A DNA stretch of 64,000 nucleotides from IMG/VR virus record IMGVR_UViG_3300030330_003596; one strand, given 5' to 3'. Within the stretch, counting starts at the first letter, position 1. Each line of letters begins with the position of its first letter. Under the pieces are notes generated by a model, which did no database searches, was not told the DNA's origin, and saw only the letters and a program-made list of their open reading frames with translations. Below are positions 39,718 through 49,985 of the stretch, in pieces. This DNA comes from an uncultured virus (IMG/VR IMGVR_UViG_3300030330_003596) (lineage: Duplodnaviria; Heunggongvirae; Uroviricota; Caudoviricetes). The translations under genes and the position numbers were made by a program.

Positions 39718-42207
39718 TCACCTAAAAGATGCTTTAATCATATATACTTGTTCACCACTAATTCCGTATTCCTTTGAAATATTGTCGTGAGAATCTACTG
39801 CCTTAATGATTTGCTCCACTTCAAACGAAGTCAAATCAATGTTTTCATCAACCTGCATCTTTGTAATCATCTTGTTAATTCCATACTCATTCATAGGAAT
39901 CTGTGCGTAAATGATAGGCTTTCCTAATTCTTGCCTAATTACATCGTGGGCCTTTAATAACTTGTGAAGAAGAACAGGTAAATCCACTTGAGCCGATTCA
40001 AAGATAGCCTTTAATCTATTATATGCTGTCTTTTTAGCAGGTTTTCCTTTTGTTAGAATACCTTGATTCATGTCCAACCAATGAGGTAATGCGAATACAG
40101 GGAATGGCTTTCTAGCCTTAAAATCGTTATAAAATAGTTTTGCTCTTTCTTTAATAGATTTTCCTTCAAAGTCTTTACCTTCTCTCTTCAAATCATTAGT
40201 TTCTTTCATATAGTGATGAATTAATGCAGCAGCATAATTGTTATTTCTTTCCCTTGTTCCTTCACCAAAAATTTCAGTTAAAGCATCAGCAAATTCTATA
40301 CCATCAACAATCAAACCGCCATCAATTTGAATCTCAGGCATAAAGATATTGTCCAAGAAATCAGCAATAGCGACCATATCGCCAGTATCAATCTCTTCTC
40401 TTGAGCCTTCAAAGAGAGTATCATAAGCACCCGACATAACAGTTTCCATTCCTAATTCTAAACTCATTGTTTGAATAACTTTTGAACCAATGCTAGAACC
40501 AAACGCAGGAATCTCAATAGGCATCATTCCACTATAAAGAGGGTCAAAATAATAAGCAATTGCTGAATCTAACATCTTTTGTAATTCTGTTTTAAACCCA
40601 CGTAATTCGTCTCTAATTTCACCTTTTTGATTTAAAGACAAAGGAATTTTACCTCCACCGATTTCAGTTACACTTGAACCTCTTGCATCTCTCGCTTCCA
40701 TGACGCTTCCTCTTCTTCGTCCTTTTGTGCTTCTTGTTTCTACTTCAGCCCTAAAATCCTCTCCGCTTAAAAGGTCATATAAATCATTAAAGAAATCTTT
40801 AATCTTGGCAAGATTATCAAAAGTAATATCTTCTCCTTCTTCAACAGAAACGAATTTTTTCTGTGAATACATTTTTGCAAACGTTGTATTTGCTAAAACT
40901 GATATTGGTAGACACATATCTTTTGTTTCACTTTCATCAAGAATTTGAGTGTTTTCTACTTGGTCTAACCATTCTGCAATATCAGCCGATGTTTCTAAAG
41001 AAACCTCGCCATAATCATCAGCCTCTTCTAATTGTTCTTCCATATCTTCCAAAAGAGAAAGAATTTCGGTTTCCATTTGGTCATTGATAGCAATAAGTTT
41101 TGTTCCTCTATTATATTCATAAACCAATAATGGGTCAGCACGTTGCATAACTCCCTCATAATCTTCATCCCAACGAAGTTTTGTTTGAAGTAATTCTTCT
41201 AATTCATCAACAATATTCATATCTATTGTACCACCTTCGGTGCTGCTGGATGCTGCTAAAGAACCTTCAAGATACTGTACTAAAGAAGCATTTACATCCC
41301 CGAATGATTTCGGGTCATCAGCATATCCGCTTTGGTCATCTTCTTTTACAGTCATTCTGTCTAAAGCCAATCTATGAGCAATAATGTTAAAGAAACGATG
41401 ATAACCAGACTCAAACCTTTGTTCGATAACTGGGAATTTAGCAATGTATTCTAAATTAGTATTTCCTGCTTGCCTGTAAAGTTTATTAAAGGTATCTTTG
41501 ATTTCTTCAGGAAAATCAATATCTTTTACTTCAATGAAGAAGTTTGTCAAGTCTTCTTCAAATTGCTCATAAAGATTTCCAATACGAGTCCAATACTCAT
41601 AAATTTCTTTACGAACGTCTTTCTTAGAAACATCTACTGCTCCTAAGTACTTATTAATATTAATCTTAAATTCTTTATATTCAGCAACATCCAATCTATC
41701 TTCAAGAACTTCTTTAATTTGAGTCAGATTATGCCTAAGATTTTCTGGAATATTTCCTGCCAAAGCAGTATCAATATCTTTTAAAACTTCAGGCTTGGGA
41801 TTTCTTATATCTATCGGGTCATTAATTTTAGTGTTCATTATCTCATTAGCACTAATTTTGCTTCCTTTGGCGTATAGATTTAAACTTAAAAAAGCCCCAA
41901 CACTAGTTTCTAATCCCTTTACCTGCGCTGTTTCTCCTTTAAACTTTTTATCTTTAAGACTAGAACGAATAAGTTTAACTGCTGCCTTCTTCTTTTCTTT
42001 AATTTCTTGCATGGCCTTTTCTTTTTGACCTGCATCTGTAATCATAAGAGTGTCTTCTTTTAAACGATTTTCAAATCGAGTAACAATTTTATTAATTTCA
42101 GTTCTTCTTTCAGAAGCGTCCGTTGTTCTTGCTAAATCAGCAAGTCTTTCAGTAGACAAATCTAGCATTTCTTTTTCTTCACGACTTAGTTCTACCATTT
42201 TACTCAC
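39718..42207 (-). CDS. Large acidic hypothetical protein (possibly internal virion protein)
   Basis: 829 aa, helical and acidic. Confidence 0.55.
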   Translation of the reverse strand: MSKMVELSREEKEMLDLSTERLADLARTTDASERRTEINKIVTRFENRLKEDTLMITDAGQKEKAMQEIKEKKKAAVKLIRSSLKDKKFKGETAQVKGLETSVGAFLSLNLYAKGSKISANEIMNTKINDPIDIRNPKPEVLKDIDTALAGNIPENLRHNLTQIKEVLEDRLDVAEYKEFKININKYLGAVDVSKKDVRKEIYEYWTRIGNLYEQFEEDLTNFFIEVKDIDFPEEIKDTFNKLYRQAGNTNLEYIAKFPVIEQRFESGYHRFFNIIAHRLALDRMTVKEDDQSGYADDPKSFGDVNASLVQYLEGSLAASSSTEGGTIDMNIVDELEELLQTKLRWDEDYEGVMQRADPLLVYEYNRGTKLIAINDQMETEILSLLEDMEEQLEEADDYGEVSLETSADIAEWLDQVENTQILDESETKDMCLPISVLANTTFAKMYSQKKFVSVEEGEDITFDNLAKIKDFFNDLYDLLSGEDFRAEVETRSTKGRRRGSVMEARDARGSSVTEIGGGKIPLSLNQKGEIRDELRGFKTELQKMLDSAIAYYFDPLYSGMMPIEIPAFGSSIGSKVIQTMSLELGMETVMSGAYDTLFEGSREEIDTGDMVAIADFLDNIFMPEIQIDGGLIVDGIEFADALTEIFGEGTRERNNNYAAALIHHYMKETNDLKREGKDFEGKSIKERAKLFYNDFKARKPFPVFALPHWLDMNQGILTKGKPAKKTAYNRLKAIFESAQVDLPVLLHKLLKAHDVIRQELGKPIIYAQIPMNEYGINKMITKMQVDENIDLTSFEVEQIIKAVDSHDNISKEYGISGEQVYMIKASFR

Positions 42208-44455
42208 CTAATGTTAAAAGACCGAATTTTTCTACAAATTGTTTCTTTGCTAAAATTACTTGATTGTCTGGGAATTGTGCTGGTTTTTTAGCAAACTTTT
42301 CGAGTACTAATCTAAATGCTTCAATAATCTCATCCTGCATATTTTGGATAATCTTAACCATATTGTCATTTAATTTCTTAGCGGCATCTTCCGCTTTCGT
42401 TGAGTCGGGGTTATCGTCTATGGTCTTAAATGCTTTCCTCACTTCTTCATCTCCTGCCAACTCATCAACTTGAGCAAAGAACGCTAAACTCTTTTCAGGG
42501 GTTATTGAGTCAAATCTTGATTCATTTTCTAAACGGTCAGCAAGACCAATCAAACCGCCTGTATCTTTTAATTTTTTAGACATAACTAACAAATATTGTT
42601 CAAAATCAGTCATGTTTAGAAGTTCTTGGCGCATTCTTTCAGCCTGTTCAGAAATATCTGTTTGACTTCGGCCTTCAGAAGATATTCTCTTAGTTTCTTC
42701 GATGTCTTTTTCTAAATTTGCTATCTTTGCCTTTGACCTTGCCATTGTTTCTTCAGCAACATCTTCTTTAAATTGTTTCTGTTTTTCTTTGGCTGCATCT
42801 AATTTTTCTTGGAGAGTCTTAAGTCTATTTTCATATCTTTTCTTCTCCTTTTCTCCAAATTTAGCAGATTTTGCTCTAACTCCTTCAGAATATGCTTCTT
42901 CGGGAGTAACCTTTTGAAGTCCATCTCCTTCATCTACTTTCACTTCAGCATAATTGGCTAATTTCTTAGCATCAATGTTTTCCATTATAATTTTGCCTTC
43001 TTCATCTCTAACTTGACTACCAGATTCATCTATCTTTGGCCTATTAACTGGAACTAAAACACCATCTTTAAAATATTCGATAGTATAATCTTCTCCTTGC
43101 TCATAACCCATCTCTTCGAGATATTTTTCATAAGCAACCGCTTCTTTTACAGTAAAATTACCTTCAAGAAAACTTAATTGTTCTAATTGCAGTTCTTCTT
43201 GTTTTTCAGCGATAGTATTTTCTAATCTTTCGCTATCAGCAATCTTTTTACGAATATCAGCAGTAATTTCCTTTCTGCTTCTACCTGCAATTTCTATTCC
43301 ATCTTCACCAGTAAAAGTTCTAATGTTTAATCCACGCTTTGTTGTGTTTTCTCCTTCAACAAGGGCATTATAAATCTCATCAATAATCAATTCAAAGGCA
43401 TTTTTGTCTGAAAGTGTTTCTTGAGTTCTTACTGCATTAAAAAATGGTTTTGCCCAGTCTTGAGGAAACTCATTTGATAGAATAATCTTAGCGAATGGAT
43501 TAACATTCATGGATTTATTGCTGCCCTTCTCCAAAAATATAATATTTGGAAAATCAGCGCCGTTTGGTAACTTTTTTGGCCTAAATGCTCTTGTGCTTCC
43601 CTTGATTTTATCAACTGCTTTAATATATTTAAGTACAGATGCACCAGAAAAGGGTTCAACGACTGTCATTTTCTGTCCATAAGCAACAAAAATTTTCTTT
43701 TCACGAACTTTGTCGTCAATATCAACAGATACGTTACCCGAAATGAATAACATTTTGGTATTTGTCTTTTTTCCGCTTTCATCTCTAGTGATTGCGTTAT
43801 AAGTCTCTCTTAATTTATTCTTTTCATCAAGAGTTTCTTTAGAATCTCCCTTTTTTGTAATCATTCGGCTAATTAATTCAGAATCTGACTTTAAATCTGT
43901 TAAAATAGAGCCTTCTTTAAATTCTCCACCAATTGCTTCAGCAAAATCTACTAAAAGTTGCTCATTTGATGGTGGATTTTCAAACATAATGACAGATTGA
44001 CCCGTTCTTTCACGCAAAATATCCAAAGAGTCTCTAATATCTCGGTTGGCTTGAAGAGTTCTCTTACTTAAATCAGCATTTTCTTCAATATTTTGCAAAA
44101 TTTCATCAACTTTTGCTTGATTTGTACCTTTTTTGGCTTCTAAAGCCTCTTTGATTAACTTTCTAACGTCATCAATTGTCATAAAACTGGCGGCATCTTT
44201 CAATTTTTGAACATTTTCTTTCATTTGTTCAAGAGTTTGGTCGCCATACGGAGGTTGCCCGTATAAATCTTTTAATTTTTGCAGGTCAATTGTTCCTGCA
44301 TCTACTTGACGAAGAATATTTTTCAATGTTTGTGGTTCAGTTCGCAGATTTTTAATTTCTTCAACTGCTTTTTCTGTTTGAGCAGCATTGACGATTACAA
44401 AGGCCAAAGTATTTTTGTCCGATGGAATCATTTTTAACTGCTCAAACCAATTCAT
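42200..44455 (-). CDS. Large coiled-coil protein with W-tag
   Basis: 751 aa starting MNWFEQLK. Confidence 0.55.
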   Translation of the reverse strand: MNWFEQLKMIPSDKNTLAFVIVNAAQTEKAVEEIKNLRTEPQTLKNILRQVDAGTIDLQKLKDLYGQPPYGDQTLEQMKENVQKLKDAASFMTIDDVRKLIKEALEAKKGTNQAKVDEILQNIEENADLSKRTLQANRDIRDSLDILRERTGQSVIMFENPPSNEQLLVDFAEAIGGEFKEGSILTDLKSDSELISRMITKKGDSKETLDEKNKLRETYNAITRDESGKKTNTKMLFISGNVSVDIDDKVREKKIFVAYGQKMTVVEPFSGASVLKYIKAVDKIKGSTRAFRPKKLPNGADFPNIIFLEKGSNKSMNVNPFAKIILSNEFPQDWAKPFFNAVRTQETLSDKNAFELIIDEIYNALVEGENTTKRGLNIRTFTGEDGIEIAGRSRKEITADIRKKIADSERLENTIAEKQEELQLEQLSFLEGNFTVKEAVAYEKYLEEMGYEQGEDYTIEYFKDGVLVPVNRPKIDESGSQVRDEEGKIIMENIDAKKLANYAEVKVDEGDGLQKVTPEEAYSEGVRAKSAKFGEKEKKRYENRLKTLQEKLDAAKEKQKQFKEDVAEETMARSKAKIANLEKDIEETKRISSEGRSQTDISEQAERMRQELLNMTDFEQYLLVMSKKLKDTGGLIGLADRLENESRFDSITPEKSLAFFAQVDELAGDEEVRKAFKTIDDNPDSTKAEDAAKKLNDNMVKIIQNMQDEIIEAFRLVLEKFAKKPAQFPDNQVILAKKQFVEKFGLLTLGE

Positions 44456-44456
44456 A

Positions 44457-44789
44457 TTAATCTCTCCGAACAGTAAAAGGATTAAATGGTTCTTTTTCTT
44501 CTTCTTCAGGTTTATCTAAAAATTGACCACCTGTGTATCTCGCTTCTCTTTTGGCCTTTTCTTCTCTTAGCCTTTTTTCTTCATTGAGCCTCTTAGTTTC
44601 GGCTCTTTTTTTATTTGCCTGTTGTTGTCTTTCAGGAGAAAGAGGTTTTCTTGGCTTATCAGTATATATTCTTCCAGCCTTTCTTCTTCTTAAAGCACTT
44701 CTTTTTGTTGGAGATGCACCGTATTCTTTAAAGTCAAAGGCATCGCCTCTTCCTGCATATCCTCTTTTAATAATTTCTTGCCACTTCAT
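44457..44789 (-). CDS. Basic protein with W-tag
   Basis: 110 aa starting MKWQEIIK. Confidence 0.55.
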   Translation of the reverse strand: MKWQEIIKRGYAGRGDAFDFKEYGASPTKRSALRRRKAGRIYTDKPRKPLSPERQQQANKKRAETKRLNEEKRLREEKAKREARYTGGQFLDKPEEEEKEPFNPFTVRRD

Positions 44790-45271
44790 TGTAGTCTCTC
44801 CTGCATTTTCTTAGCGTGTTGTATTCTATCTTCATTTGAATAGAACTGTGCAGTAGTTTCCATTAACTGATTGAATTGTTCGGGTGAAGCATAATTGACC
44901 CCATTTCTCTCAAAATCATCATAACCTACAAACTCCAATTCCCCAATCAATTCATCTATTGCTTCTTTAACCTCTTTATTAGAAACCAAAGTATAGTCTA
45001 ACTTACCCATACCCGCCATTGTTTTTTCGGGGTCATCCTTCAAATCAATATTTTCTTTAGATTCTTTTGCTTGCTTTATTGTAGGCTTTCCTATATCTTT
45101 CATAGGTTTTTTTGTATTTGCCTCCGAACCATAGACGGCATAAACTACGGCTTGATTAAAATAAGGAGTCCAATAGCCCGTATCTTTTTCGGATTGGCTG
45201 CCTTGATATAGAAAAGGAGTTTCTGTTCCACTAATAGAATATGGCTTTTTCAATATAATTTGCCAAGTCAT
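44786..45271 (-). CDS. Possible ADP-ribosyltransferase-fold protein with W-tag
   Basis: MTWQIILK; FLYQG...GYWTP...AVVYA resembles the ART strand-1/strand-2 motifs. Confidence 0.35.
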   Translation of the reverse strand: MTWQIILKKPYSISGTETPFLYQGSQSEKDTGYWTPYFNQAVVYAVYGSEANTKKPMKDIGKPTIKQAKESKENIDLKDDPEKTMAGMGKLDYTLVSNKEVKEAIDELIGELEFVGYDDFERNGVNYASPEQFNQLMETTAQFYSNEDRIQHAKKMQERLQ

Positions 45272-45933
45272 TGTAATCTCTCCTGCATCTTCTGTTTAAT
45301 ATCCAGCCAAATCTCAGGGTTGTTCTGTGCTAACACTTCTTGAACAATTTGCATCTGTGCGACAATAATGGTGTCTTGCCTTTTGTGAATCAATTTACCC
45401 TTAAACTCCATAAGATACTTCAAAGATTCTCTAATCTCTCTTGCTAACTTAGTTAAGGCATCAATCATCTTAGGGTCGAGGTCATTCCCTAAATCGTTGA
45501 ATACCTGCTCTAAACGCATATCTAACTTCTGTACGTTATTTGATAGCAAATCAACTTCATTAACTTCCTTTTTCGCTATCATCATGGCCGCAGATTCTTG
45601 CACTATTGGTGTCAGGTGGTGCTTCATGTGTCTTTGCACCTGCGTTTTTGTGGTGTTGAGGGCAGAAGAAACAGCCTCACTTGAGATATTACCTTCTTTT
45701 AACGCTTGTTCGTAGTGTTTCCTCATTGGGTCTGTGCATAGAACACATTGAGGATTAGACGACATTTTGTATTCGCCCATGTGATTTCTTTGATGTTGTG
45801 CCGCAGTTCCACTTCTCCAGTTATGAATAGTGTCTAATTCGTCGCAACTCGCCTGTCCTGTTTCAAGAGCCGATTCAAGTTCTTCTCTATTCGGGGCTTG
45901 GCATAAACCGCAACGCTTACGATTAACGGTCAT
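45268..45933 (-). CDS. Tandem C2H2-like/HTH DNA-binding protein, candidate terminase small subunit
   Basis: Two CxxC...HxxxH repeats plus a C-terminal coiled coil; upstream of terL. Confidence 0.45.
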   Translation of the reverse strand: MTVNRKRCGLCQAPNREELESALETGQASCDELDTIHNWRSGTAAQHQRNHMGEYKMSSNPQCVLCTDPMRKHYEQALKEGNISSEAVSSALNTTKTQVQRHMKHHLTPIVQESAAMMIAKKEVNEVDLLSNNVQKLDMRLEQVFNDLGNDLDPKMIDALTKLAREIRESLKYLMEFKGKLIHKRQDTIIVAQMQIVQEVLAQNNPEIWLDIKQKMQERLQ

Positions 45934-47091
45934 TTAATCTCTCCATAAAAGTTGTTGCCACATCTTAGAAATAACCTTTTGTTCAGGTTTATATCGTCCA
46001 GTATCTTCACCAAATTTTTCTCTAGCGGTCTTTCTATAATCAAAACCGCCTTTTCTGTCGCCTTGCCACGCTCGGAAATCATTTGGTGCTTTTTTAGTAT
46101 TTTTTCTCTTTAACGCTCTATCAACTAAATTAATAATAGGTAGGGCAGTAGCAGTTAATTTAAAACTAACAACCCTCCCAGTTAAAGCATCCTTTTCATC
46201 CTCTTTACCAACATTAGTAATTTTTCTTGCTGGTTTTTGTTCAAGAGGCTTAACTGCGAATGTAGTGGCCTGTAAAGATGACCTTACTTTTTTAGTCAAT
46301 AAACGACCACCTGCATTCCAAAAAGATTCATTACGGACAACATCATTAAAGAAAGACTCAACTGATTTAATTTCATCCAAATCAACCTCATCCACTCCTT
46401 CGGGTATTCTATCTACTTCAACTTCTATTTCCATATCATCTATAAATTCAGTCGCTTCTTTCATTAACCAAAGCAAACCTTTGGGATTAGCGAACTCCGT
46501 CTTGGTTCTTGAGAATAATGCTTGGTGCGGTGGATTTCCTCCATTAAAGCCATCGGGGGCATCAATGTGTGCAAACCACGAAGAAGGAGCAGCAGAAGTT
46601 TTATTTTTTTCAGCATACCAATCTGTTGCATAATGTCCTGCAACCTTTCTTGGTCTTTTCTTCTGACCTGTTGCAGTATAGTCTTGTTCAGTAAAAACAA
46701 TAAATGCTGGGTCACGAGCAGGAGCACTTTTATTACCAATATCCGAACCTTCAAGATAAAAACTTTCTAATGTATCAGCAAGCGTTTTGATAATCTGTGC
46801 TTGTCCTTCAGTAAATAAATCATTATCTACGAATGCTTCAATGGGTTCAAGAAATTGTATTGCTCCTTGACCATCACGGCCTTTATTTCTACTTTTAGCC
46901 CGAATGTTATTCATCATGTGATTCTTTAAAAACATATAAAGATTAGGAATATTTTTGACCATCATTTTTTCACCTGAAACACCTTGACAGGTTTTTCTCC
47001 AAGTGTTAAAATTTTCAATAAAAGGAAACCTACCACCTTGATTAACTTTGTTTCCTTTATGTGGCTGAAAGTTCTTTTTCTTCTTACTCAT
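45934..47091 (-). CDS. Hypothetical protein
   Basis: 385 aa ORF. Confidence 0.55.
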   Translation of the reverse strand: MSKKKKNFQPHKGNKVNQGGRFPFIENFNTWRKTCQGVSGEKMMVKNIPNLYMFLKNHMMNNIRAKSRNKGRDGQGAIQFLEPIEAFVDNDLFTEGQAQIIKTLADTLESFYLEGSDIGNKSAPARDPAFIVFTEQDYTATGQKKRPRKVAGHYATDWYAEKNKTSAAPSSWFAHIDAPDGFNGGNPPHQALFSRTKTEFANPKGLLWLMKEATEFIDDMEIEVEVDRIPEGVDEVDLDEIKSVESFFNDVVRNESFWNAGGRLLTKKVRSSLQATTFAVKPLEQKPARKITNVGKEDEKDALTGRVVSFKLTATALPIINLVDRALKRKNTKKAPNDFRAWQGDRKGGFDYRKTAREKFGEDTGRYKPEQKVISKMWQQLLWRD

Positions 47092-47977
47092 CCTTTTTCC
47101 TCCGTTTCTTTCTACCTCTTACCACCTTATTAAACATAGCGGGGGCTGAACTAGTAGTTACCGCACCTGCCATTTTAAGTTCAGAATCATCAAAATCAGC
47201 CGTCATTTGTCCAGCAGCATCAAGTAATAATTTAACAAAAAATCGCTTATATTTTTGACCGTATCTATCAGTTAAATCCTCAACACTTGCAGGATTAATG
47301 TCTTTAAGGCTTTGGTTCTTCTTTTGAGTTCTAGCCGTTATTTCCATTCTTGTTAGTTTTTCTCTAACTTTCTCTTTATACTTACCCAAAAGATTATCGG
47401 TCAATGCATCAACAAATGCAAGAAGTTCTTCAATTTCTTTTACCTTTTCGCCTTTAACGGCTGTCTCAAGTCCTATTGCTCCAAACATAGGGTGAAGTAT
47501 TTGTGTTTGAGAAGCAGGGTGTTTAAGGAATGTTTTAAGTCTATAATAAGTGCTTTCTGGGAATTGTCCAGTGATTGCTCCATATTCTGTTGCTCGATTA
47601 GACATTGTAAATTGTTCTAATCCCATACCTGCATGAGTCGCTTCATGCATAATGGTTCTAATAATAAATTCCCTAAGTTCTCTTTCTGTGGGTTCTCTTT
47701 CTAATCTTCGCTGTAAATAATCATAAATTTTCTTATGATTGATTCTTATTCTTTCCTTAGTCAAGTCTTTCATTTCAGGTTTCTTACCACTCCCAAAAGC
47801 ATCCATTATAGCCATTCTTACTTCAAGAGGATGACTATGAATATTTTCAAGTGTATATACACCAAAAGCCCGTAACTTGCCAGTTCCTCCACATTCGTTA
47901 CATCCTTCTCCTTTACAATTAGCACATACATCATCAAAGTCAATATCTTCTACTTTGAGAATGTCGAACCAACCCAT
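47084..47977 (-). CDS. Putative zincin metallopeptidase with Zn finger and W-tag
   Basis: MGWFDILK; CANCKGEGCNECGGTG; IMHEATH (HExxH) with a downstream E. Confidence 0.6.
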   Translation of the reverse strand: MGWFDILKVEDIDFDDVCANCKGEGCNECGGTGKLRAFGVYTLENIHSHPLEVRMAIMDAFGSGKKPEMKDLTKERIRINHKKIYDYLQRRLEREPTERELREFIIRTIMHEATHAGMGLEQFTMSNRATEYGAITGQFPESTYYRLKTFLKHPASQTQILHPMFGAIGLETAVKGEKVKEIEELLAFVDALTDNLLGKYKEKVREKLTRMEITARTQKKNQSLKDINPASVEDLTDRYGQKYKRFFVKLLLDAAGQMTADFDDSELKMAGAVTTSSAPAMFNKVVRGRKKRRKKDE

Positions 47978-47981
47978 AATA

Positions 47982-48293
47982 TCACCTAAATACTTCTGCT
48001 TGTCTTAAAGCATCACTAGCCTTAAATAAAGCCGTCATTGTATTTTGAATCTGTTGTGAAAAATCAAAAGAATAATCTTTTAAATCTGCGGCTTTTAGTC
48101 TTTCTATTCTTAGTAAAATTGCAACGAGTTTAAACATTTCACTTAAAGTAAATTTTTCTATACCGTCTCTATTAAATAATCTTTCAAGAAGGATTATGTC
48201 TCTCTTTTCATTAAAAACCCCATCGAATTTTTCTTCAGAATTTAAAACCTTTGATGAGTATAACTCATTTTTAATAATTCCTTCCCAATCCAT
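47982..48293 (-). CDS. Hypothetical protein with W-tag
   Basis: Starts MDWEGIIK. Confidence 0.55.
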   Translation of the reverse strand: MDWEGIIKNELYSSKVLNSEEKFDGVFNEKRDIILLERLFNRDGIEKFTLSEMFKLVAILLRIERLKAADLKDYSFDFSQQIQNTMTALFKASDALRQAEVFR

Positions 48294-48319
48294 GATTAAT
48301 CCTCCTGCTTACGCATATC

Positions 48320-48511
48320 TCAATCTTTCCGAGTAAATGGATTTTTGGACTTAGGTTTCTTTTTAGCATCTTTAGCCGCTTCTTTCATCGGCTCCTTTTT
48401 ATTGCCATCTTTGTCTAAATCTAAGAAGTCAGGCTTTGCTGCCTTTAATTCTTCATCATCAATCTTTTCAGTTTTACAATGTCCTTTTCTTACAATATCT
48501 CTCCAACTCAT
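48320..48511 (-). CDS. Small protein with W-tag and EF-hand-like loop
   Basis: MSWRDIVRK; KPDFLDLDKDGNKKEPMK. Confidence 0.6.
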   Translation of the reverse strand: MSWRDIVRKGHCKTEKIDDEELKAAKPDFLDLDKDGNKKEPMKEAAKDAKKKPKSKNPFTRKD

Positions 48512-48846
48512 CTTTTATCACCAACGTAAATATTTGGAAGTGTAGGGTTTTTCATTTGGTTCTTTCTTGTATATGGACTCTTAGGGTCAGTTAAACGATT
48601 ATTACTCATATCATCTTCACAGGGCATACAAAGGCCATATCCATCAGTTCCATTAGCAATTCTTAAACAAGGGTCGTTTTGACACTTTGGTTTAAACTTT
48701 CTTTGGTTCTTCGCTTCTTTTCTTTGGGCTTCTCTTGCTTCATTTACGCCTCTACTATCCTTAAACGGATTAAAGGGTTCATCTGGTTTTTTTGAGCGAA
48801 AACGAGCCCCAAAAGGACTTTCTTTTTTAAGAATATCTTCCCACAT
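48508..48846 (-). CDS. Hypothetical protein with W-tag and Cys cluster
   Basis: MWEDILKK; CQNDPC...CMPC. Confidence 0.55.
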   Translation of the reverse strand: MWEDILKKESPFGARFRSKKPDEPFNPFKDSRGVNEAREAQRKEAKNQRKFKPKCQNDPCLRIANGTDGYGLCMPCEDDMSNNRLTDPKSPYTRKNQMKNPTLPNIYVGDKR

Positions 48847-48851
48847 TTAAA

Positions 48852-49196
48852 TCACTTTTTAGGAGTTAAAATTTTATCAACTTCTCTTGAAACACTTTCT
48901 GCTAAAGACCTATATTCGCTAAGCATTTCATTTAAAGATATATCCATTTTACCACCATAAACAGGCACTTGAATATCATTTTCATGTTTTTCAAGTAATT
49001 CTTCAATTTTACCAATACCATCATCTTTAGTAACCAATTTGTTATTAATCAAATAAGCCACACTTTCCGCTACTGCCTTTTCATAATCATCATCTGCTTG
49101 ACTAATCAAAGTATCAATGTAATCTCTACCGTATTGTTCAGATAAATCTCTTGCCATGCTTTCTTTTAAAATATCTTTCCATGTCATCTTAATCAC
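48852..49196 (-). CDS. Hypothetical protein with W-tag
   Basis: MTWKDILK. Confidence 0.55.
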   Translation of the reverse strand: MIKMTWKDILKESMARDLSEQYGRDYIDTLISQADDDYEKAVAESVAYLINNKLVTKDDGIGKIEELLEKHENDIQVPVYGGKMDISLNEMLSEYRSLAESVSREVDKILTPKK

Positions 49197-49465
49197 CTTG
49201 CTTGATAGCCCTTATCTCCTTGAGTTAAAGGTTTAGAATTTTGTCTAATTGCGTCTTTTTCTTGTTTAATGTTATAGAGAACATCTTCTAATTTACTTAT
49301 AATTTCGGCTGCCATAAAAAGAGGAAAACCAAAATACTTACTATTAAGCATATTTACATAGTCCTTTGCATCGTTAATGTCTTCTTCTAACAAAGTTAAG
49401 TCATTTAGCATTTTATCACTAGTGCTTAATTTATCTTCTTTCTTAATTTCTGTTTTCCAAGTCAT
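49193..49465 (-). CDS. Hypothetical protein with W-tag
   Basis: MTWKTEIKK. Confidence 0.55.
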   Translation of the reverse strand: MTWKTEIKKEDKLSTSDKMLNDLTLLEEDINDAKDYVNMLNSKYFGFPLFMAAEIISKLEDVLYNIKQEKDAIRQNSKPLTQGDKGYQAR

Positions 49466-49569
49466 TTCTTATCACCTGTAATCAAGTCTTTCTGTTGTTT
49501 TTCTTCTTCTTTATCTAAACGCTTTGATTCAACATCAAACCATTTATCGAGTAAGGTGCATCTTGTCAT
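49462..49569 (-). CDS. Small hypothetical protein (35 aa)
   Basis: MTRCTLLDKWFDVESKRLDKEEEKQQKDLITGDKK; translated by hand, coupled to the next gene. Confidence 0.45.
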   Translation of the reverse strand: MTRCTLLDKWFDVESKRLDKEEEKQQKDLITGDKK

Positions 49570-49570
49570 A

Positions 49571-49771
49571 TTATCTAATCCTCTTATCGTCAATAAATTC
49601 CATACGGTCGTCAAATTCGCCTCTTCTTTTTAAGTCTTCATATATTGATTCTATTGTATATGGGCCACGACCAGTTCCAAACCTATCACTAACCCACGCC
49701 ATTAACTTTTTTTCACTTAGAAAATGTATTCTAACTGGTTCTCTATCTTTTTTGATAATATTTTCCCACAT
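49571..49771 (-). CDS. Hypothetical protein with W-tag
   Basis: MWENIIKK; GAGGTGA RBS. Confidence 0.6.
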   Translation of the reverse strand: MWENIIKKDREPVRIHFLSEKKLMAWVSDRFGTGRGPYTIESIYEDLKRRGEFDDRMEFIDDKRIR

Positions 49772-49780
49772 AATATCACC

Positions 49781-49942
49781 TCAAAGTGCCTTTTCAATAT
49801 CTTCAATTTCAGATAATAGCGTTTTTACCATCATTTTAATTCGTTTAATCTTCTGTTCTACTTTAACAGCATCGGCAACTTTGCCTTCATCGTCTAATCT
49901 CGAATACTTATCTCTTATTCTTTTTTCTCTTGGGGTTACCAT
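49781..49942 (-). CDS. Small hypothetical protein (53 aa)
   Basis: MVTPREKRIRDKYSRLDDEG...; AGGTGA RBS; translated by hand. Confidence 0.55.
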   Translation of the reverse strand: MVTPREKRIRDKYSRLDDEGKVADAVKVEQKIKRIKMMVKTLLSEIEDIEKAL

Positions 49943-49985
49943 AATATCACCTAAAATTTCTCAAAAAATGTGGCGGAATTTTTTT

